A stretch of 30,478 nt of DNA, from positions 1-30,478 of the forward strand of contig JAABQN010000003.1 of the NCBI GenBank assembly GCA_011391455.1, written 5' to 3'. Below, piece after piece: positions 26,342 through 30,478 of this stretch. This DNA comes from Nitrospiraceae bacterium (lineage in GTDB: Bacteria > Nitrospirota > Nitrospiria > Nitrospirales > Nitrospiraceae). Made by a program: the position numbers and the translations under genes. How positions within the stretch are numbered: position 1 is the first letter of the stretch; each line of letters starts with the position of its first letter. The notes beneath the pieces are model-generated. The model did no database searches. It was not told where the DNA came from and saw only the letters and a program-made list of their open reading frames with translations.

Positions 26342-27013
26342 CTAGGGCCGGGGGTCCAACTCGATGAGTCCTTTCCGAATGGCCAGGATAGCAGCTTGCG
26401 TGCGGTCGTAGACTTGTAACTTATGGAAAATATTTCGCACATGATTCTTGACGGTCTTTTCACTCAGGTCCAAGTTATTGGCGATTTCCTTGTTCGTCTT
26501 GCCGTCCGCGACCAGGCGTAAGACTGTGATCTCTCGTTCCGTCAGATCGTGCTCGACCCACCCAGGTTTTTTCCCTTTCTTCTGAGACATCAAGGAGAAC
26601 TCCGTCAAGATCTTGCTCGCGACGGAAGGATGGATCAGCGACTCGCCTTTGTAGATCGCGCGAATCGCGGCGACGATCTGAGAGGACTCGGAGTCTTTCA
26701 AGAGATATCCGGTAGCGCCGGCGCGGACCAAATCGAAAATATATTGTTGCTCGTCATACATGGTCAGCGCTACGATTCCGATGTGAGGGAACTCACGTTT
26801 GATTTGCCTGGTCGCTTCGACTCCGCCCATCCGGGGCATGCTCACGTCCATCAGCACGACGTCGGGCATCAACGTCTTCACCTTCTCGACGGCTTCCATG
26901 CCATCCTGGGCCTCGCCCACGATATGAATGTCGTCTTTCGTCTTGAGGATTGCGGCCAATCCTTCGCGTACGACGCGATGGTCGTCTGCGATGAGCACCT
27001 TAATTTTTTCCAT
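26342..27013 (-). CDS. NarL/LuxR-family response regulator
   Basis: IADDH, LMDVSMP, GYLLK receiver; LTERE..G..NKEIA..L.LSEKTVKNH HTH. Confidence 0.95.
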   Translation of the reverse strand: MEKIKVLIADDHRVVREGLAAILKTKDDIHIVGEAQDGMEAVEKVKTLMPDVVLMDVSMPRMGGVEATRQIKREFPHIGIVALTMYDEQQYIFDLVRAGATGYLLKDSESSQIVAAIRAIYKGESLIHPSVASKILTEFSLMSQKKGKKPGWVEHDLTEREITVLRLVADGKTNKEIANNLDLSEKTVKNHVRNIFHKLQVYDRTQAAILAIRKGLIELDPRP

Positions 27014-28109
27014 GGGATATCATCTCCTTATTCACCAGGGGGATGTCGACGATGATCGTCGTGCCACGCCCTTTCTTAGACTCGATCTTGCCTACGCCGC
27101 CCACGAGTCGAGCCCGTTCCAGGATTCCGCGAATTCCGAAATGGTCCCATTTGTCTGGGTCGCGCAGGACGGTGTCCATGTCGAACCCCACGCCGTTATC
27201 CGCAATGGTGACCTTGAGGCGTTCAGGGTCAATGTCCAACCCTACGGTGACCCGAGTCGCTTTTGCATGTCGTTCCACGTTGCTGAGGGCTTCCTGCACA
27301 ATACGAAAGAGGAAAATCTTTGTACGTGGGAATAAAATCTGTTCATCGCCGGATACACGGAACTGTGTCTTGATATGATACTGGGTCTCGTACGAGGTGA
27401 GATAGTTGGTCAGGGCCGGGAGCAGCTCCATCTTGTCGTAGTGGAGAGGGCGGAGATTGAAGATGACTTGCCGCGCTTCATGGATGGCCAGCTTCAGCTG
27501 GGCTTTGCTCTCGCGCAAGGTGGCCAGGCTGGCTTTCGGATCTTTTCGAATCAATTGCAGGCTCAGATCCAGTTTAAAATTCACCCCGGCCAAGTTCTGC
27601 ACGAGGCCGTCGTGCATTTCGCAGGCAATGCGCGTCCGTTCCTCCGTCACTGCCACACCTGTTTCCTTGACATAGAGGCGATAGAGCGATTGGTATTTAT
27701 TTAAGGTTTTTTCGATCTCTGCCGTGGCGCGGATGCGGGCTTCGATGAGCTCCCACATGAATTTGGCGCTAGCCCCGCCGATGATGGTCACGCCCATCCG
27801 GTGAAAGTCTTGGAGCAACTCCCAAACCTTGGTATCGCCCGACACATCGATGATGAGGTCCACGCGCTCGAGGTCCAGGAGCCGACGGTAATTGCGGGTC
27901 ACGGGGATGCCAAGCCGTTTAGCCAGTAAGACGCCCGGGGCATTGGCCTGGACCTCGGCTACGCATACGATTGTTACCAGCGGGTCTGTCGCAAAGATTT
28001 CCATCAGTGCCGTACCTCCACGACCGGCACCGATGATTGCCACATGCGTGCCGCTCGGCACTCCGGTTTTGCGAGGTCGTCTGGAAGACATAGCGTGTGT
28101 TGTCGGCAT
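27000..28109 (-). CDS. cytoplasmic HisKA_3 histidine kinase with N-terminal Rossmann-fold domain
   Basis: IIGAGRGG; ERTRIACEMHDG H-box; QEALSNV.RHA, DNGVGF, GIRGILER, GTTI; no TM segment. Confidence 0.9.
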   Translation of the reverse strand: MPTTHAMSSRRPRKTGVPSGTHVAIIGAGRGGTALMEIFATDPLVTIVCVAEVQANAPGVLLAKRLGIPVTRNYRRLLDLERVDLIIDVSGDTKVWELLQDFHRMGVTIIGGASAKFMWELIEARIRATAEIEKTLNKYQSLYRLYVKETGVAVTEERTRIACEMHDGLVQNLAGVNFKLDLSLQLIRKDPKASLATLRESKAQLKLAIHEARQVIFNLRPLHYDKMELLPALTNYLTSYETQYHIKTQFRVSGDEQILFPRTKIFLFRIVQEALSNVERHAKATRVTVGLDIDPERLKVTIADNGVGFDMDTVLRDPDKWDHFGIRGILERARLVGGVGKIESKKGRGTTIIVDIPLVNKEMISHGKN

Positions 28110-28203
28110 TGTGACGCCTACTCGTTGAGAAATCGCATCCTGTTGTAGACCAAAAAATGTCGGAAGGACAAGGGGAGGGTAAGGAGTAGAGAGGAAGGAT
28201 CCC

Positions 28204-28668
28204 TCACCGCTCGCGGCGTTGCTGGGCCAACGTTCTCAGTTCATCCATGAACTGGTCAATGTCTTTGAACTCTCGGTAGACAGAGGCAAAGCGAACATAG
28301 GCGACCTGATCCAGTTGATCGAGCTCTTTCATCAACTCTTCGCCCACGATCCGGCTCTCGATTTCGGTTTCACCCATTTCCTGAATGCGCTTCTCGATCC
28401 GATCCGCTACGGTTTCGATAGTGGCGGTACTGATGGGCCGTTTTTCGCAGGCTTTCTTGAGACCGGCGAGAATCTTGGTACGGTCGAACGACTCACGGCG
28501 GCCGTCCTTTTTGACCACCATAGGAAGGATTTCATCGACGCGTTCGTAGGTGGTATAGCGACGCTTGCAGCCGAGACATTCGCGTCGACGGCGAATAACC
28601 TCGCCTTCCTTCGCCATGCGCGAGTCTACGACCTTGTCTTCGAGTTCATCGCAGAAGGGACATTTCAC
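28204..28668 (-). CDS. nrdR: transcriptional repressor NrdR
   Basis: CPFC..RRRREC..C Zn ribbon, ATP cone, [10 protein letters not shown]. Confidence 0.97.
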   Translation of the reverse strand: MKCPFCDELEDKVVDSRMAKEGEVIRRRRECLGCKRRYTTYERVDEILPMVVKKDGRRESFDRTKILAGLKKACEKRPISTATIETVADRIEKRIQEMGETEIESRIVGEELMKELDQLDQVAYVRFASVYREFKDIDQFMDELRTLAQQRRER

Positions 28669-28698
28669 AGGCGGCAATCCTGCCCAGTCTTATGTAGG

Positions 28699-29961
28699 TT
28701 AGTAGGGATGAAAGATCGGGAAACGGCTGCAGAGTGCTTTAGCCTGAGCGCGGACTTCCTCGAGCGTCGCTGGTTCATGCCGATGCTGCAGAGCCCGGTC
28801 GATTAAGCCAACAATCTCTTTCATCTCGGCCTCCCGCATCCCACGGGTAGACACAGCGGGCGTTCCCAATCGAATGCCGCTGGCGACGGCCGGAGGCTTT
28901 TCGTCGTAGGGTACGGCATTCTTGTTCACGATAATACCGGCCTCGCCCAAGGCCGCGTCCGCTTCTTTGCCTGTAATGCCCTTGTTGGTCAGATTCATTA
29001 ACATGAGATGAGTATCCGTGCCGCCTGACACAATCTTGTACCCACGGTCGAGGAGCCCTTGGGCCAGTACCTTCGCATTGGCAATGACCTGCTGCTGGTA
29101 ACGTGTAAAGGCTGGTGAGAGGGCCTCCTTGAAGGCAACGGCTTTTGCCGCGATCACGTGCATCAAGGGTCCGCCTTGTATTCCGGGGAAGAGCAATTTG
29201 TCGACCGCTTTGGCATGCTCAGCCTTGCACATCACGACGCCGCCCCTGGGTCCGCGCAGGGTTTTGTGTGTAGTCGTCGTGACGAAATCGGCATAGGGAA
29301 CAGGATTTGGATGTAGCCCGGCGGCAATCAGTCCGGCGATGTGGGCGATATCGACGAGCAGATAGGCGCCGACCGACTTGGCGATCTGTTGGAATCGTGG
29401 GAAATCGAAGGTGCGCGCATAGGCGCTGGCGCCGACAACGAGCAAGCGTGGCCGGCATTCCTCCGCCACCTTCTGCACCGCGTCATAGTTAATGGTTTCA
29501 GTCTCACGTTCTACGCCGTAAGAAAACACACGGAACAGGATCCCTGAAAAATTGACCTTGCTGCCGTGAGTGAGGTGACCCCCTTGAGCGAGGTCCATGC
29601 CCAGGATCGTGTCACCGGGTTTCAGTATAGACAGGTAGGCCGCCATATTCGCTTGCGACCCTGAGTGCGGCTGCACATTCACATGCTCCGCGCCGAAAAT
29701 CTGCTTACACCGTTCGATGGCGAGATCCTCCACCCTGTCCACATGCTGACAGCCACCGTAGTACCTCTTTCCTGGGTACCCTTCGGCGTATTTATTGGTC
29801 ATGATGGAGCCCTGAGCAGCCAGGACGGCGAGACTGGCGAAGTTCTCCGAGGCGATCAGCAGCAGCTTCTCACGCTGCCGCTCTTCCTCGGCAACAATTG
29901 CGGCATAGACATCCGGGTCCGTGGCTTTGAGAACGTCTAAAGAACCGACGGCATCGTTCAT
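28699..29961 (-). CDS. glyA: serine hydroxymethyltransferase
   Basis: [30 protein letters not shown]. Confidence 0.98.
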   Translation of the reverse strand: MNDAVGSLDVLKATDPDVYAAIVAEEERQREKLLLIASENFASLAVLAAQGSIMTNKYAEGYPGKRYYGGCQHVDRVEDLAIERCKQIFGAEHVNVQPHSGSQANMAAYLSILKPGDTILGMDLAQGGHLTHGSKVNFSGILFRVFSYGVERETETINYDAVQKVAEECRPRLLVVGASAYARTFDFPRFQQIAKSVGAYLLVDIAHIAGLIAAGLHPNPVPYADFVTTTTHKTLRGPRGGVVMCKAEHAKAVDKLLFPGIQGGPLMHVIAAKAVAFKEALSPAFTRYQQQVIANAKVLAQGLLDRGYKIVSGGTDTHLMLMNLTNKGITGKEADAALGEAGIIVNKNAVPYDEKPPAVASGIRLGTPAVSTRGMREAEMKEIVGLIDRALQHRHEPATLEEVRAQAKALCSRFPIFHPY

Positions 29962-29978
29962 AATAGCTCGTTCTCTCG

Positions 29979-30452
29979 TTAGGCCTCAGCGGGAGCCGTT
30001 TCAGCTTCCTGTTTCTTGACGACATGGATGACCACCGTCGCGGTCACGTCTCGTGGAAGCTTAATCGGCACGGTAAAGGTGCCGAGCTCCTTGATCGGAT
30101 GGTCCAGCTGGATCTTACGCCGATCCACCGTAAAGCCCTGTTCTGCCAATCTTTCCGCAATGTCTTTGGTCGTGACCGACCCGAACATCTTGTCGTCCTT
30201 GCCGACCTGGGCCTGCACTGTGAGCGACACGGCCGAGATGCTCTTGGCGTGGGTTTCGATCTCCAACTTTTCTTTTTTTGCCCGTTCACCGGCCACACGC
30301 TTGATATGCTCAAAGGCCTTGATGCTGCGACTGTCGGCCAACACCGCTTTTTTGCGCGGGAGCAGAAAGTTCCGTGCGTACCCATCTTTCACATCGAGCA
30401 GGTCGCCGAGATGTCCGACCCCCTCCATCGTTTCTTGTAAAATGACCTTCAT
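29979..30452 (-). CDS. rplI: 50S ribosomal protein L9
   Basis: [22 protein letters not shown]; AAGGAG RBS. Confidence 0.97.
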   Translation of the reverse strand: MKVILQETMEGVGHLGDLLDVKDGYARNFLLPRKKAVLADSRSIKAFEHIKRVAGERAKKEKLEIETHAKSISAVSLTVQAQVGKDDKMFGSVTTKDIAERLAEQGFTVDRRKIQLDHPIKELGTFTVPIKLPRDVTATVVIHVVKKQEAETAPAEA

Positions 30453-30478
30453 ACCCCTAACTCCTTCTGTTGGAAAGG

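Overview
Chromosomal window, most likely from a Nitrospira-like bacterium (inferred from gene content and repeat families, not searched). Left edge: tyrosine integrase converging on the 3' end of tRNA-Glu(CUC), i.e. the border of an integrated element. Then a Glx aminoacylation cluster (glnS, yacG, Zn-ADH, two tRNA-Gln, gltX), an FNR-like oxidoreductase, a divergent [2Fe-2S] fdx plus iscR-S-U-A-hscB-hscA-iscX operon, an addiction module whose ParE/RelE-like toxin is truncated by a 120-bp MITE, arfB, an exported FGE-fold protein, an AqpZ-clade aquaporin with an altered filter, an APC permease, phhB plus a B12-dependent CX7CX2C radical SAM enzyme with no visible precursor, an AhpD/CMD protein, suhB, a coiled-coil/HARE-HTH gene followed by an unannotated 12-aa Lys-rich ORF, lpxC under a consensus sigma54 promoter, and an rplI-glyA-nrdR-(Rossmann-domain kinase)-(NarL regulator) run. 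Several palindromic and short tandem repeat families fill intergenic gaps. No CRISPR array or rRNA seen. Family assignments are from motif recognition only; no searches were run.
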